A stretch of 64,000 nt of DNA from Clostridia bacterium (GCA_017561145.1 JAFZDO010000025.1:17776-81775), one strand, 5' to 3'; positions 10,440 to 20,426 are shown, counted from the stretch's first letter. The notes: generated by a model from the letters alone, not told the origin. Made by a program: numbers and translations.

Positions 10440-11300
10440 ATGATTATGGAAAAAAGAACTCTCCTCACGCTGAAAGAAAGAGCCGCTAAGATCAGAATTC
10501 ATTCTGTCGACGCGGTATACGGTGCAAAAAGCGGCCATCCGGGCGGATCGCTGTCTATTGCAGACGTAGTTGCCTATCTCTATTTCCACAAGATGAACAT
10601 CGATCCCAAGGATCCCCAAAAGGAAGACCGCGACAGATTCGTTCTTTCCAAGGGTCACTGCTGTCCTGCGCTTTATGCCGCATTGGCAGAAAAGGGCTAT
10701 TTCGATGTTGAAGAGCTTAAGAAGCTTCGCAAATTGGGCGCAATGCTTCAGGGCCACCCCGATATGAAGGGCATCCCCGGTATCGATATGTCCACCGGCT
10801 CCCTCGGACAGGGCTTCTCCACCGCTTGCGGTATGGCTGCCGTTGCAAAGCGCAAGGGCTATGACTGGAAGGTTTACACCGCGCTCGGCGACGGTGAGAT
10901 CGAAGAAGGTCAGGTTTGGGAAGCGGCAATGTTCGCAAATATGTACGGACTTGACAATCTTATCGCATTTATCGACTGCAACGGTTATCAGATCGACGGT
11001 GCGGTAAGCGACGTTATGAACCCCCACCCCGTTGACGAAAAGTTCAAGGCATTCGGTTGGTTCGTTAAAGTTATCGACGGCCACGATTTCGAAGCTATCG
11101 ACAATGCGGTAAACGAAGCACTTGCTTGCGGCAAGCCTGCGGCGATCATTTGCAACACCGTTAAGGGTAAGGGCGTTTCCTTTATGGAAAACAATTATAC
11201 TTGGCACGGCAAGGCTCCCAAGGATGATGAATATGAACTCGCAAAGAAAGAGCTTTACGATGCATGGGTAAAGGCAGAGGAGGACGTTAAAAATGGCTGA
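10440..11300 (+). CDS. Transketolase, N-terminal (TPP-binding) subunit
   Basis: SGHPGGSLS, DRFVLSKGH, STGSLGQG, GDGEIEEG. Confidence 0.92.
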   Translation: MIMEKRTLLTLKERAAKIRIHSVDAVYGAKSGHPGGSLSIADVVAYLYFHKMNIDPKDPQKEDRDRFVLSKGHCCPALYAALAEKGYFDVEELKKLRKLGAMLQGHPDMKGIPGIDMSTGSLGQGFSTACGMAAVAKRKGYDWKVYTALGDGEIEEGQVWEAAMFANMYGLDNLIAFIDCNGYQIDGAVSDVMNPHPVDEKFKAFGWFVKVIDGHDFEAIDNAVNEALACGKPAAIICNTVKGKGVSFMENNYTWHGKAPKDDEYELAKKELYDAWVKAEEDVKNG

Positions 11301-12228
11301 AAAAGAAGCAACCAGAGTCGCGTACGGCAGAAAGCTTACCGAGCTCGGTGAAAAATATGATTTTTACGTGCTCGATGCCGACCTTTCTGGCTCGACACAA
11401 ACCGCTGTTTTTGCAAAAAAATATCCCGAACGCTTCTTCAACTGCGGTATCGCAGAGGGCAATATGATCTCGGTAGCGGCAGGTATTGCGGCAACAGGTA
11501 TTCCCGCATTTGCGTCCTCTTTCGCGATGTTTGCCTGCGGCAGAGCGTTTGAACAGATCCGCAACTCGGTTGCATATCCGCAGCTTCCCGTTAAGATCTG
11601 CGCATCTCACGCAGGTGTTACCGTTGGCGAAGACGGTGCTACCCACCAGTTCTGCGAGGATATGGCAATTATGCGTGCGCTTCCCAATATGACCGTTGTT
11701 TGCCCTGCAGACTCGGCTTCTACCGAAGCGCTTCTTGAAGAGATCGTTAAATTTGACGGCCCCGTATATATGCGTCTGGGCAGATATGCGGTTCCCCAGT
11801 TCTACACCAAGGGCGAACAGGAATTCAAGCTCGGTAAGGGTATCGTTCTTGCCGACGGTAAGGACGTGACCATCGTTGCAACCGGTATTATGGTTGCCGC
11901 GGCTATGGAAGCACGCGCTATCCTTGCCGAAGAAGGCATCGATGCGGCTGTTATCGACATCCACACCGTTAAGCCTCTTGACGTTGAGTTGATCACCGAA
12001 TATGCCGAAAAGACCGGCAACGTGGTTACCAGCGAAGAGCATTCGGTAATCGGCGGCCTCGGCGATGCGGTAATTTCCGCACTTTCCGAAAGCGCTTGCG
12101 CAAAGGTCGTTAAACACGGTATCGAAGACGTTTTCGGCACCTCCGCACCCGCAGGAGTTCTTTTGGAGCACTACGGTCTTAATGCGAACGGCATTGTCGA
12201 AAAGGTAAGAAAATTGCTTAAAAAATAA
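11293..12228 (+). CDS. Transketolase, C-terminal subunit
   Basis: GIAEGNM, GEDGATHQ, EEHSVIGGLG. Confidence 0.92.
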   Translation: MAEKEATRVAYGRKLTELGEKYDFYVLDADLSGSTQTAVFAKKYPERFFNCGIAEGNMISVAAGIAATGIPAFASSFAMFACGRAFEQIRNSVAYPQLPVKICASHAGVTVGEDGATHQFCEDMAIMRALPNMTVVCPADSASTEALLEEIVKFDGPVYMRLGRYAVPQFYTKGEQEFKLGKGIVLADGKDVTIVATGIMVAAAMEARAILAEEGIDAAVIDIHTVKPLDVELITEYAEKTGNVVTSEEHSVIGGLGDAVISALSESACAKVVKHGIEDVFGTSAPAGVLLEHYGLNANGIVEKVRKLLKK

Positions 12229-12232
12229 GATT

Positions 12233-12262
12233 TAAGGGGTATCGTTTGATACCCCTTAATTT
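12233..12262 (+). terminator. Intrinsic terminator hairpin after the transketolase genes
   Basis: TTAAGGGGTATC-GTTT-GATACCCCTTAA followed by TTT. Confidence 0.7.
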
Positions 12263-12280
12263 GAAATTCGGAGAAAGAAA

Positions 12281-13036
12281 ATGACAGTAGAGCAGTTAAT
12301 AAATGCACTTGATGAAATGATCCCCAAAACCCTTTCGGAGCCTTGGGATAACGACGGTATCGACGTTGTTCCCGATAAAAATTCCGAAATAACGGGCGTT
12401 CTTTGTGCGCTCGATTGCACGAGTATTGCCATTAACAGGGCAACAGAGCTTGGTTGCAACGTCATTATCACTCATCATCCTCTCGTTTTCAAGCCGCTCG
12501 GCGCAGTTTCGTGCGATGACAGCGTTGGAAAGCGCGTTATCGAATGCATAAGGCGCGGAATCGCCGTCGTATCGTTCCATACGCGTCTTGATATAATCGA
12601 AGGCGGCGTTAACGATATTCTGGCGGAAACGGTAGGACTTACAAACGTTGAAAGCTTCATCCCTTACGGCAGGATCGGCGATATCGAAGAAACGAAATTT
12701 GAAGTTTTTGCCGAATCGGTCGCAAACGCTTTGGGATTGAATATATATGAATTGGGACTTGTTAAGTCAAGCGAGAACGTAAAAAGAGTTGCGCTTGTTT
12801 CGGGCTGCGGCAAGGACGAGATCGGTGACGCGATAAAAGCAGGCGCCGATACCTTTATCACGGGTGAGGTAATGCATAACCATATGCTCGATTGCAGAGA
12901 AATGGGCATTAACCTTATCTGCGCAACGCATTACGCAACCGAAAGAATAGTTTTATCCTTCCTTGCAGAAAAGGTCAAGGAATTTGCAAGAGTTGAAGTT
13001 TTAGAATTTACAAGAGAAGAAGAATATGGCATTTGA
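12281..13036 (+). CDS. Nif3-like dinuclear metal center protein
   Basis: WDNDG, ITHHPL, HTRLD, ITGE, HYATE. Confidence 0.9.
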   Translation: MTVEQLINALDEMIPKTLSEPWDNDGIDVVPDKNSEITGVLCALDCTSIAINRATELGCNVIITHHPLVFKPLGAVSCDDSVGKRVIECIRRGIAVVSFHTRLDIIEGGVNDILAETVGLTNVESFIPYGRIGDIEETKFEVFAESVANALGLNIYELGLVKSSENVKRVALVSGCGKDEIGDAIKAGADTFITGEVMHNHMLDCREMGINLICATHYATERIVLSFLAEKVKEFARVEVLEFTREEEYGI

Positions 13037-14756
13037 CGGACTTTTTTGCGCCGCAGTAGCGCAGGAATTGAATAAATGGGCAGGCGCGAGGGTTGAAAAA
13101 ATTCACCAAAGCTCGCAAACCTGCTTTTATTTCCAAATATACCGCGACGGAAAACGCGGTAATTTCGTCATATCCGCGTCAGCCGCGCGTCCGATACTTG
13201 CCATAACCGAGGAATCGGTTGCCCGTCCCGATACGCCTACGCCGATATGTATGCTTTACAGAAAGCATCTGCAAAACGGCCGCTTTATAGCAGCAGAATG
13301 GGTTGAAAACGAGCGTATTATCCGCTTCGTTTTCGATTCTGCCGACGAAATGGGATATATAAAGCGTAAATTCATTTATGCCGAGATGATGGGCAAATAT
13401 TCAAATATTATCCTTACCGACGATAAGGACAGAATACTTGCGGCAAGCTCGACGTCGGACATTACCTCGGGCGTGCGCAGTATTATGGCAGGGCTTACTT
13501 ACGAGCAACCGCCAAAGCAGGATAAAATTTCTGTTTTTGCGGTCGACGATGCATCCTTTCTTTCGCTTTGCGAGGAAAAGAGTGGAATGCGTGCTTGCGA
13601 CTTTTTGCTAAAAAGCTTTCTCGGCTTTTCTCCCGTTGTGGCAAGGGAGGTTGCGTTCCGCGCTTTAGGCGACCCCGAAAGAGAAATATGCGCAGAAAAT
13701 GCACGTTTGTTGCTCGAAGAGTTTAAAAAGCTGGTATCGGCAATAAAAAATTGCGAATTTGTACCGAATGCGGTATATGATAACGAAAACAACGGGGTCG
13801 AATATTCCTTTATCCGTCTTACGCAATACGGCGAATCGGTTTCGATCCGCGAATACGAAAGCTTTTCGGCGCTTCTTACCGATTATTTCGGAAAAAAAGA
13901 GGAATCGGTCAATATCGGCAGATACTCGCGCGAGATATTAAAAACCGTAAATTCCCATCTTTCGCGCTCGCAAAAAAAGCTTGCGCTTCTTAAAACCGAG
14001 CTTAAGGAATGCGACGCGATGGAGGATATGCGTATCCGCGGCGACGTGGTGACCGCAAATATCTACCGTATCCGTCAGGGCGACAGCGAGGTTACGGGTA
14101 TGGATTACGAATCGGGCAACGAAATTACCGTTTCGCTCGACGTAGCACTTGCACCTGCGAAAAACGCACAGCGCTATTATAAAAAATATTCAAAAATGAA
14201 ACGTGCGTCGGTCATGCTTGCCGAGCAGATAAAAAAGACCGAGGCGGTTTGTGATTACTTGATCGGTGTTATCGGCTTTATCGACCGCGCGGCAAGCCCT
14301 AAGGAACTTGCGGAAATCAGGCTTGAGCTTGCAGAGGGCGGATTTATTTCCGACAAATCGGTTGGCGATAAAAAGAAAAAAACACCTGCATCAAAGCCGC
14401 TTTCCTTCACCACGACCGATGGTTTACTGCTTCGTGTCGGCAGAAATAACCGCCAAAACGATGCTCTTACCGGCTCGGCGGACAGAAACGAGCTTTGGTT
14501 TCACATCAAGGGCTTCCACGGCTCGCACGTTATCCTTACTCCCAACGGAAACGAGGAACCGACCGACCGCGATTATACCGAAGCGGCGATGGTTGCGGCA
14601 TATTTCAGCGAAAAACGCGGAAGCTCAAACGTCGAGGTCGATTATACCCGTGTCCGTTCTTTAAAAAAGCCTTCGGGCAGTGCCCCCGGATTTGTAACCT
14701 ATGAAAAATATTGGTCGGCTGTGGTCGATGCAATAAACCCGTTTGAAAAGCAGTAA
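13026..14756 (+). CDS. rqcH: NFACT family protein (RqcH/FbpA ribosome quality control factor)
   Basis: MAFDG start, EMMGKYSNIIL, NAQRYYKKYSK, VGRNNRQND, WFH..GFHGSHV, AAYFS, VDYT. Confidence 0.9.
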   Translation: MAFDGLFCAAVAQELNKWAGARVEKIHQSSQTCFYFQIYRDGKRGNFVISASAARPILAITEESVARPDTPTPICMLYRKHLQNGRFIAAEWVENERIIRFVFDSADEMGYIKRKFIYAEMMGKYSNIILTDDKDRILAASSTSDITSGVRSIMAGLTYEQPPKQDKISVFAVDDASFLSLCEEKSGMRACDFLLKSFLGFSPVVAREVAFRALGDPEREICAENARLLLEEFKKLVSAIKNCEFVPNAVYDNENNGVEYSFIRLTQYGESVSIREYESFSALLTDYFGKKEESVNIGRYSREILKTVNSHLSRSQKKLALLKTELKECDAMEDMRIRGDVVTANIYRIRQGDSEVTGMDYESGNEITVSLDVALAPAKNAQRYYKKYSKMKRASVMLAEQIKKTEAVCDYLIGVIGFIDRAASPKELAEIRLELAEGGFISDKSVGDKKKKTPASKPLSFTTTDGLLLRVGRNNRQNDALTGSADRNELWFHIKGFHGSHVILTPNGNEEPTDRDYTEAAMVAAYFSEKRGSSNVEVDYTRVRSLKKPSGSAPGFVTYEKYWSAVVDAINPFEKQ

Positions 14757-14774
14757 AATTTTAAAGGTGTTATT

Positions 14775-15479
14775 ATGAGCTTGCTTGAAAGGTCGCTTCC
14801 GCTTATTGGCGAGGACGGCGTTAAAAAACTGAATAATTCAAGCATTATCGTTTTCGGTGTTGGCGGTGTCGGCTCTTGGTGTGCCGAGGCGTTGGCAAGA
14901 TGCGGTGTCGGAAAAATTACCGTTGTCGACGGCGACGTTATTTCCGAAACGAACAAAAACCGCCAAATAATCGCTCTTTCATCGACCGAAGGACATGAAA
15001 AGGCAGAAACAAGCGCAAAAAGATTAAGGGATATCAACCCCGATTGCGAAGTGACAAGCGTGAATTTGTTTTATTCTGTCGAAACGAAGGATGAAATCGA
15101 CCTTTCGGAGTATGATTATATCGCAGATTGTATCGATACCGTAACGAGCAAGCTTTTGCTTATTACATCGGCGAATGAATTAAAGGTTCCGATAATTTCA
15201 TCGATGGGCACGGGCAACCGTCTTGACCCCTCGAAGATAACTGTAACCGATATATTCAAAACCTCGGGCGATCCTTTGGCGCGTATTATGCGAAAAGAGC
15301 TCCGCGCAAGAAACGTTGAATCGTTAAAGGTAGTTTGCTCACTTGAAGAGCCGGGAAAATGCTGCGAGGGCAGAAACGAAATTACAGGCAGAGCTACCCC
15401 CTCAAGCGCCGTTTTCGTACCCGCAACGGCAGGCTTGCGTATGGCTTACGAGATAGTTAAGGAGCTGCTTTATGTCTAA
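14775..15479 (+). CDS. tcdA: tRNA threonylcarbamoyladenosine dehydratase (ThiF/E1-like)
   Basis: GVGGVGSW..EALARCG, N.NRQ, SSMGTGNRLDP, DPLARIMRKELR. Confidence 0.9.
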   Translation: MSLLERSLPLIGEDGVKKLNNSSIIVFGVGGVGSWCAEALARCGVGKITVVDGDVISETNKNRQIIALSSTEGHEKAETSAKRLRDINPDCEVTSVNLFYSVETKDEIDLSEYDYIADCIDTVTSKLLLITSANELKVPIISSMGTGNRLDPSKITVTDIFKTSGDPLARIMRKELRARNVESLKVVCSLEEPGKCCEGRNEITGRATPSSAVFVPATAGLRMAYEIVKELLYV

Positions 15480-15724
15480 ACAGCAATGGAAGGGCGGGGC
15501 GAACGCTTCGCTTTCGATGAAAAACTAAAGTTTTTCACCGTTTTCCGCACGGCGGGACTTGTGAGTTGCGTTCGCTCGCGCGGAATCCGTGCGCACGGCT
15601 TTGCCGCTTGTCCGAATTCCCGCAACTCCAAGGTATATTTTTCAAGGCACATGTCCTTGAAAAATATGTTATTCTTTATTGTATAGGTAAAACTTATGTC
15701 TAAACAACAATGGAAGGGTGGGGC
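15470..15724 (+). repeat. 31-bp direct repeat (15470-15500 and 15694-15724) duplicating the first codons of the flavin reductase gene
   Basis: TTATGTCTAAACAGCAATGGAAGGGCGGGGC vs TTATGTCTAAACAACAATGGAAGGGTGGGGC, two mismatches. Confidence 0.95.
15501..15668 (+). repeat. Structured intergenic repeat element, copy A
   Basis: CGCTTCGCTTTCGA + hairpin TGAAAAACT-AA-AGTTTTTCA; GAGTTGCG...CGCAACTC stem; AGGTATA; ATATTTTTCAAGG-CACATGT-CCTTGAAAAATAT; same architecture as copies B and C. Confidence 0.85.
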
Positions 15725-16283
15725 ACTTTTGGCTCCCGTGCCGTCGGTGCTTGTTTCAAGCTCAAACGGCGAAAAGGACAATATAATAACTATCGGTTGG
15801 ACGGGGATTTGTGCCACACACCCGCCAAAGCTTTATATATCGGTCAGACCCGAACGCTTTTCCTATAATCTGATTAAGGAAAGCGGCGAATTTTGCGTTA
15901 ATCTGCCTACCGTGCAAATGGTGCGCGCGGTTGATTTTTGCGGCGTAAGGTCGGGCAGGGATATCGACAAATTCAAGGAAACCAAGCTTACCAAATCCGA
16001 TTCTTTTGCGGTAGGATGTAAGAGCATTGCCGAATGTCCCCTTACTCTCGAATGCAAGGTCGACAGAATCATACCGCTCGGCTCGCACGATATGTTTATC
16101 GCCGATATAGTTTGCGTTGCGGTTGACGAATCGATAATCGATGAAAAGGGAAGGCTGATGCTCGAGCGTGCCGACCTTTTGGCATATTCTCACGGCGATT
16201 ATTTTACCCTCGGCAAAAAGATCGGAGATTTCGGATTTTCGGTACGAAAGAAGAAAAATCTTAAAAGGAACTTCAAAAAATGA
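15696..16283 (+). CDS. Flavin reductase family protein (flavoredoxin-like)
   Basis: PVPSVLVS, NIITIGWTG, ISVRPERFS, GEFCVNLP, LECKV, GSHDMFIA. Confidence 0.88.
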   Translation: MSKQQWKGGALLAPVPSVLVSSSNGEKDNIITIGWTGICATHPPKLYISVRPERFSYNLIKESGEFCVNLPTVQMVRAVDFCGVRSGRDIDKFKETKLTKSDSFAVGCKSIAECPLTLECKVDRIIPLGSHDMFIADIVCVAVDESIIDEKGRLMLERADLLAYSHGDYFTLGKKIGDFGFSVRKKKNLKRNFKK

Positions 16284-16750
16284 ACTCTGTAACGATTATT
16301 CACGTCGGTGATTTTAAGGAAAAGTATTTCAAGGATGCCGAAAATGAATATATCAAGCGTTTGAAGGCGTTTTGCGATTACAAGACGGTCTGCATAAAAG
16401 AAGAATCCTGCTTTGGCGAGGATTCCGAAAAGCTTATTCTCCGTGCGCTTGAAAAGGAAGCAAACGGCATTCGCCAAGCGATTCCCAAAAACGCATTGAA
16501 GATAGCAATGTGTATCGAGGGAAAGCAATTATCGAGCGTTGAATTGGCGAACGTGTTCTTGAACGAATCGCGCCCGATATGCTTTATTATCGGCTCGTCG
16601 TTCGGTCTTGACGAAGCGTTGAAACGCGAATGTGACCTTCGCTTGTCGATGTCGAAAATGACCTTTCCGCATATGCTTGCGCGAGTTATGCTTGCCGAGC
16701 AGGTCTACCGAGCGTTTTCGATCAACAGCGGAAAGAAATACCATAAATAA
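16280..16750 (+). CDS. rlmH: 23S rRNA pseudouridine-1915 N3-methyltransferase
   Basis: EYIKRL, FIIGSSFGL, SKMTFPH, EQVYRA, YHK C-terminus. Confidence 0.95.
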   Translation: MNSVTIIHVGDFKEKYFKDAENEYIKRLKAFCDYKTVCIKEESCFGEDSEKLILRALEKEANGIRQAIPKNALKIAMCIEGKQLSSVELANVFLNESRPICFIIGSSFGLDEALKRECDLRLSMSKMTFPHMLARVMLAEQVYRAFSINSGKKYHK

Positions 16751-16755
16751 AAAGA

Positions 16756-16787
16756 AAAACCTGCGAATGAATCGCAGGTTTTATTTT
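16756..16787. terminator. Bidirectional terminator
   Basis: AAAACCTGCGA...TCGCAGGTTTT between convergent genes. Confidence 0.75.
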
Positions 16788-16791
16788 GCAA

Positions 16792-17256
16792 TTAATATGC
16801 AGCGTATACGCCCAAAACTACCAAGAAGATGAAGATAACGCTTAAGCCGATGCTGATAGCCGAGGTAATGATACCTGCAACTGCCATGCCGTTCTTTGCG
16901 CCAACGCTCTTTGCCTTGCTGTTACCGATGCAACCGAGGATAAGACCGGGGATGCTGAAAATAAAGGTGAAGTAGTAGAGAAGGCAGAAGAAAGAAACGG
17001 AAATGATACCGAGGATCATACCAACGATGCCAAGTGCCTTGCCGGGAACTGCAACGGGAGCAGTGGGAACGTAAGGAGGCTGATAAGGAGCCTGATATTG
17101 CTGTTGAGGTTGTTGATACTGGGGTTGTTGATATTGAGGTTGCTGATATTGAGGTTGAGCCTCCTGCTGAGGTTGTTGATTATCGAGCTTAGTACCGCAA
17201 TTAGCGCAGAAAGCTACGCCGTCAGCGTTATTCGAGCCGCAGTTAGGACAGAACAT
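16792..17256 (-). CDS. Zinc-ribbon, Q/P-rich, DUF4190-like two-TM membrane protein
   Basis: CPNCG...CANCG, QPQYQ repeats, two TM segments with GMAVAGII. Confidence 0.8.
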   Translation of the reverse strand: MFCPNCGSNNADGVAFCANCGTKLDNQQPQQEAQPQYQQPQYQQPQYQQPQQQYQAPYQPPYVPTAPVAVPGKALGIVGMILGIISVSFFCLLYYFTFIFSIPGLILGCIGNSKAKSVGAKNGMAVAGIITSAISIGLSVIFIFLVVLGVYAAY

Positions 17257-17348
17257 AATGATTATCTCCTTGTAAATTTGTTTTTAACAGTTTATCACAG
17301 AAAAATTGTAAAATCAATTGTTTTTCCCAAAAAACAACAATTATTTCC

Positions 17349-17783
17349 TTATAACATCAGACTGTTGATAAAGTAATAGTAATTGTAAAAACTTGAATCG
17401 ACAGTATCAAACAGGAAGATGACAAATACCAACGACAACAAGGCCATCACAATACCGATCACTGATGTGATGATACCGGCGGTCGCAAATCCGTTTTTAA
17501 GTCCGACTGCCTTCGCACGGGAATTTGCCATGCAACCGAGAATAAGACCGATTATAGCGCAGGGGAAGATGAGAACCGCATAGCAGAGGAACGCACAGGT
17601 GGTTGCACCGAGCACCATCGAGGTTATGCCCATGCCCAACGAAGGAATTTTGGGTTTGACCGTTTGGACAGGGGGCTGATAGGGCGAATAGCTTTGTTGA
17701 GCCGCATTTGTTATGGGCGCGCCGCAATTTCTGCAAAAGGAGGCGCCTTCGTTATTGTTAAAGCCGCATTTCTCGCAAAACAT
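17349..17783 (-). CDS. Zinc-ribbon DUF4190-like membrane protein (paralog of 16792-17256)
   Basis: CEKCG...CRNCG, LGC.AN.RAKAVGLKNGFATAGIITS. Confidence 0.8.
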   Translation of the reverse strand: MFCEKCGFNNNEGASFCRNCGAPITNAAQQSYSPYQPPVQTVKPKIPSLGMGITSMVLGATTCAFLCYAVLIFPCAIIGLILGCMANSRAKAVGLKNGFATAGIITSVIGIVMALLSLVFVIFLFDTVDSSFYNYYYFINSLML

Positions 17784-17899
17784 TTTATAAAACCTCCAAA
17801 ATATATTCTGTTAACAGTTTATCATAGGTTTGCGGAGAAATCAATCGTTTTGCCGATTTTTGTTGCAATAGCGCAGGTAAAAATTTAATACCTCTGCCG

Positions 17900-19174
17900 T
17901 TACGACAGAGGTATATTGTTCTCTTTGATATAATCGATCATCCTGCATAGCGCGTTTGCGGTCTCCTGCTTTGTAAGAGTGTGCGAGGGGGAAAGCGATT
18001 CGAAAAAGCCTGCCTTGTTAGCCGCAAGTATCGAAGAAAGCGTGCGGTCCTGCGATCCCGTGCTTACACTTTCGGAATTCGTTTCGGGTAGCTTAAGCGC
18101 AGAGCTTATCATATAAGCGGCATCGGCAACGGTTATCTTTTCAAACGGAGCAAAGGCGCCGTTGTCAAGCTTGATCAGATTTTGCTCGTTTGCGGCAGAA
18201 AGATATCCCTTCAGCCCCGACGATAATGCGTCATCGTCGCTGACTGCGCTGTCGGCAACCGCGGCGATTTCGGTATCAAGCCCTGCGGCATTCATCATCA
18301 TTACCAAAAATTCAATTTTCGAAACGGCGGCTTCGGGATCGAAATAATATTTTCCGTCGGTGATGCGGTAAACCATAACGTTCTGCGAGCAAACGCGGTA
18401 GGCATATAAATGATCCTCGCTGTCCTGCATATCCTCGAATACAAGGGAGCTTTCGTTCTCCTCGACGGTTATTGTAAGCGTTGCACGCTCGGAGGTCGCT
18501 CCGAAACGGTCGGTCACCGTATAAACAAGAGTATCCTTGCCCGAAAAGTCGGGGTTCGGGACGTAGGACACCCTACCGCTCTCTTCTATTTTGATCCTTC
18601 CGTCACGCGGATAGGTTATCACGTTTACGGTGAAGGAGTCGCCGTTTGGCTCGTTTATCTCAAGATTCGATTCGCAACCTATCCCCGAAACGGTTTTCAT
18701 AGTGCTGTCAAAAACAAGGGGAGAGAGGTTTTTTTGGTCGGTAAATGAGATCTCGCACTTGATCTCCTTGCCGTTAAGGCTTTGGGCATCGCATGAAAAG
18801 CCAAACGTCGCAAGCTCGATTTCGCCGTTGGGGACGAATTTCAGATATTCGAGCGTTGACGCGGGTATAGTCTGCCCTAAAATCACCGAGGCGCCTTTGT
18901 AAATAAGCGTGCCGAGGCTCGCTTCGGGAAGGGAAGCCACCTTGACGTACGTAAGCTCCTCGCCGACGAGCGCTTTGAAATCCTCCTTGTTAAAGGATGC
19001 CGTTTCACCCTTTTCGCTATGCTTGACAAGCGTTAATTGCTTTTGCAATATCGAAAAAGCAGGCGGTCGGTCGTACGTGTTTTCTGTAACGTTTTCGTTT
19101 CCGCTTGAGCAGGAAACAAGAAAAAACGCCATCATAATAGATAAGATCACAGCTATCGTTTTTTTCATAATCAA
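17900..19174 (-). CDS. Lipoprotein with Ig/cadherin-like domain and C-terminal S-layer homology-like region
   Basis: Lipobox LVSC; YVPNPDFSGKDTLVYTVTD; FDPEAAVSKIEF, FAPFEKITVADA, LTKQETA SLH-like motifs. Confidence 0.7.
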   Translation of the reverse strand: MIMKKTIAVILSIMMAFFLVSCSSGNENVTENTYDRPPAFSILQKQLTLVKHSEKGETASFNKEDFKALVGEELTYVKVASLPEASLGTLIYKGASVILGQTIPASTLEYLKFVPNGEIELATFGFSCDAQSLNGKEIKCEISFTDQKNLSPLVFDSTMKTVSGIGCESNLEINEPNGDSFTVNVITYPRDGRIKIEESGRVSYVPNPDFSGKDTLVYTVTDRFGATSERATLTITVEENESSLVFEDMQDSEDHLYAYRVCSQNVMVYRITDGKYYFDPEAAVSKIEFLVMMMNAAGLDTEIAAVADSAVSDDDALSSGLKGYLSAANEQNLIKLDNGAFAPFEKITVADAAYMISSALKLPETNSESVSTGSQDRTLSSILAANKAGFFESLSPSHTLTKQETANALCRMIDYIKENNIPLS

Positions 19175-19239
19175 GCCTTCCTTTGATTCGTGTCTATATA
19201 ATTAATACACGGGAGGAGCGAATATTATGACAAAATCGG

Positions 19240-19268
19240 TTGCAACATTTGCTTGCTTGTGGTAGAAT
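19240..19268 (+). promoter_or_regulatory. Putative sigma-A promoter of mnmA
   Basis: TTGCAA-17nt-TAGAAT with TG extension. Confidence 0.55.
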
Positions 19269-19293
19269 ATAAAAAACTAACGGAGGTGTCGGT

Positions 19294-20343
19294 ATGAAAA
19301 AATGCTTTGTCGCGGTAAGCGGCGGTGTCGATAGCGCGACCGCGCTTTTGTTGCTGCGCGAAAAGGGCTTTGACGTAGAAGGCGTCACGATGATCAATTT
19401 CGGCGAAGAGCTTGTGCCGAATTGCTCGCCCTCCGAGGCGAACGATGCGAAAAAGCTTTGCGATTCGTTATCCGTACCCCATCACACCGTTGATTTAAAG
19501 GAAGAATTCAAAAAAACCGTTGTCGGCGATTTCATTTCCGCCTATAAAATGGGCGAAACCCCAAACCCTTGCGTTGTATGTAACCGATATTTAAAATTCG
19601 GTGCGCTTTACGATTATGCGAAGGAGCACGGTGCTAAGGAATATGCAACGGGGCATTACGTCCGCGTGAAGCAATGCGGCGACCGCCGTGTTATCACCCG
19701 TGCCGCCGATGAGGATAAGGATCAAAGCTACGTGCTTTGGAGCTTGACTCAAGACCAAATTTCTCATTTCGTTGCACCGCTCGGCGAATTCTCGAAAAAA
19801 GAGGTGCGCGAAATTGCCGAAAAATACGGTATCCTCGTTGCGCACAAAAGCGACAGTCAGGATATTTGCTTTATCCCCAACGGAGATTACCGCGAATTTC
19901 TTAACCGCGTCGGCGGAAACAAGGACAAAAAGGGTGATTTCGTGCTTTCCGACGGCACAAGGCTCGGTTGTCATCTCGGACAGAGTCATTACACCGTCGG
20001 TCAAAGAAAGGGCTTGGGAATTGCATATAAGGAGCCGCTTTACGTTATCGGCAGAGATATGAAGAAAAATTCAGTAATTCTCGGCAGGAATGACGACCTT
20101 TTCACAACGAAGTTTACAGTAAGAAACGCGTCCTTCTCGGCACTTGATTTCCCAATATGTGATTTTGAATGCAGTGTTCGCATACGCTACCGCGCGCCCT
20201 TTGTTTCGGCAAAAATTATACCTATCGGCGAAAACCGTCTTCTCGTCGAAACACAGACCCCCGTCCGTGCGGCGACACCGGGACAGTCGGCAGTCTTTTA
20301 TGACGGCGAAACGCTTCTCGGCGGCGGCATAATCGAAGGATAA
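19294..20343 (+). CDS. mnmA: tRNA-specific 2-thiouridylase
   Basis: SGGVDS, TPNPCVVCN, ATGHY, KDQSY, DSQDICF, TPGQSAVFY. Confidence 0.96.
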   Translation: MKKCFVAVSGGVDSATALLLLREKGFDVEGVTMINFGEELVPNCSPSEANDAKKLCDSLSVPHHTVDLKEEFKKTVVGDFISAYKMGETPNPCVVCNRYLKFGALYDYAKEHGAKEYATGHYVRVKQCGDRRVITRAADEDKDQSYVLWSLTQDQISHFVAPLGEFSKKEVREIAEKYGILVAHKSDSQDICFIPNGDYREFLNRVGGNKDKKGDFVLSDGTRLGCHLGQSHYTVGQRKGLGIAYKEPLYVIGRDMKKNSVILGRNDDLFTTKFTVRNASFSALDFPICDFECSVRIRYRAPFVSAKIIPIGENRLLVETQTPVRAATPGQSAVFYDGETLLGGGIIEG

Positions 20344-20426
20344 ATTTACAAATCTATAACAAATCGAGAAAAGATTTAAAATATCACAATATTAAACTCA
20401 CGGTACAGAAAGGAGGAGTGTAAAAA

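Noticed and set aside
15486-15686. Small ORFs spanning the repeat copies (15486-15686 +, 15476-15817 -, 23457-23702 +, 31960-32955 -)
   Set aside because: Translations of the structured repeat; the reading frame is not conserved between copies.
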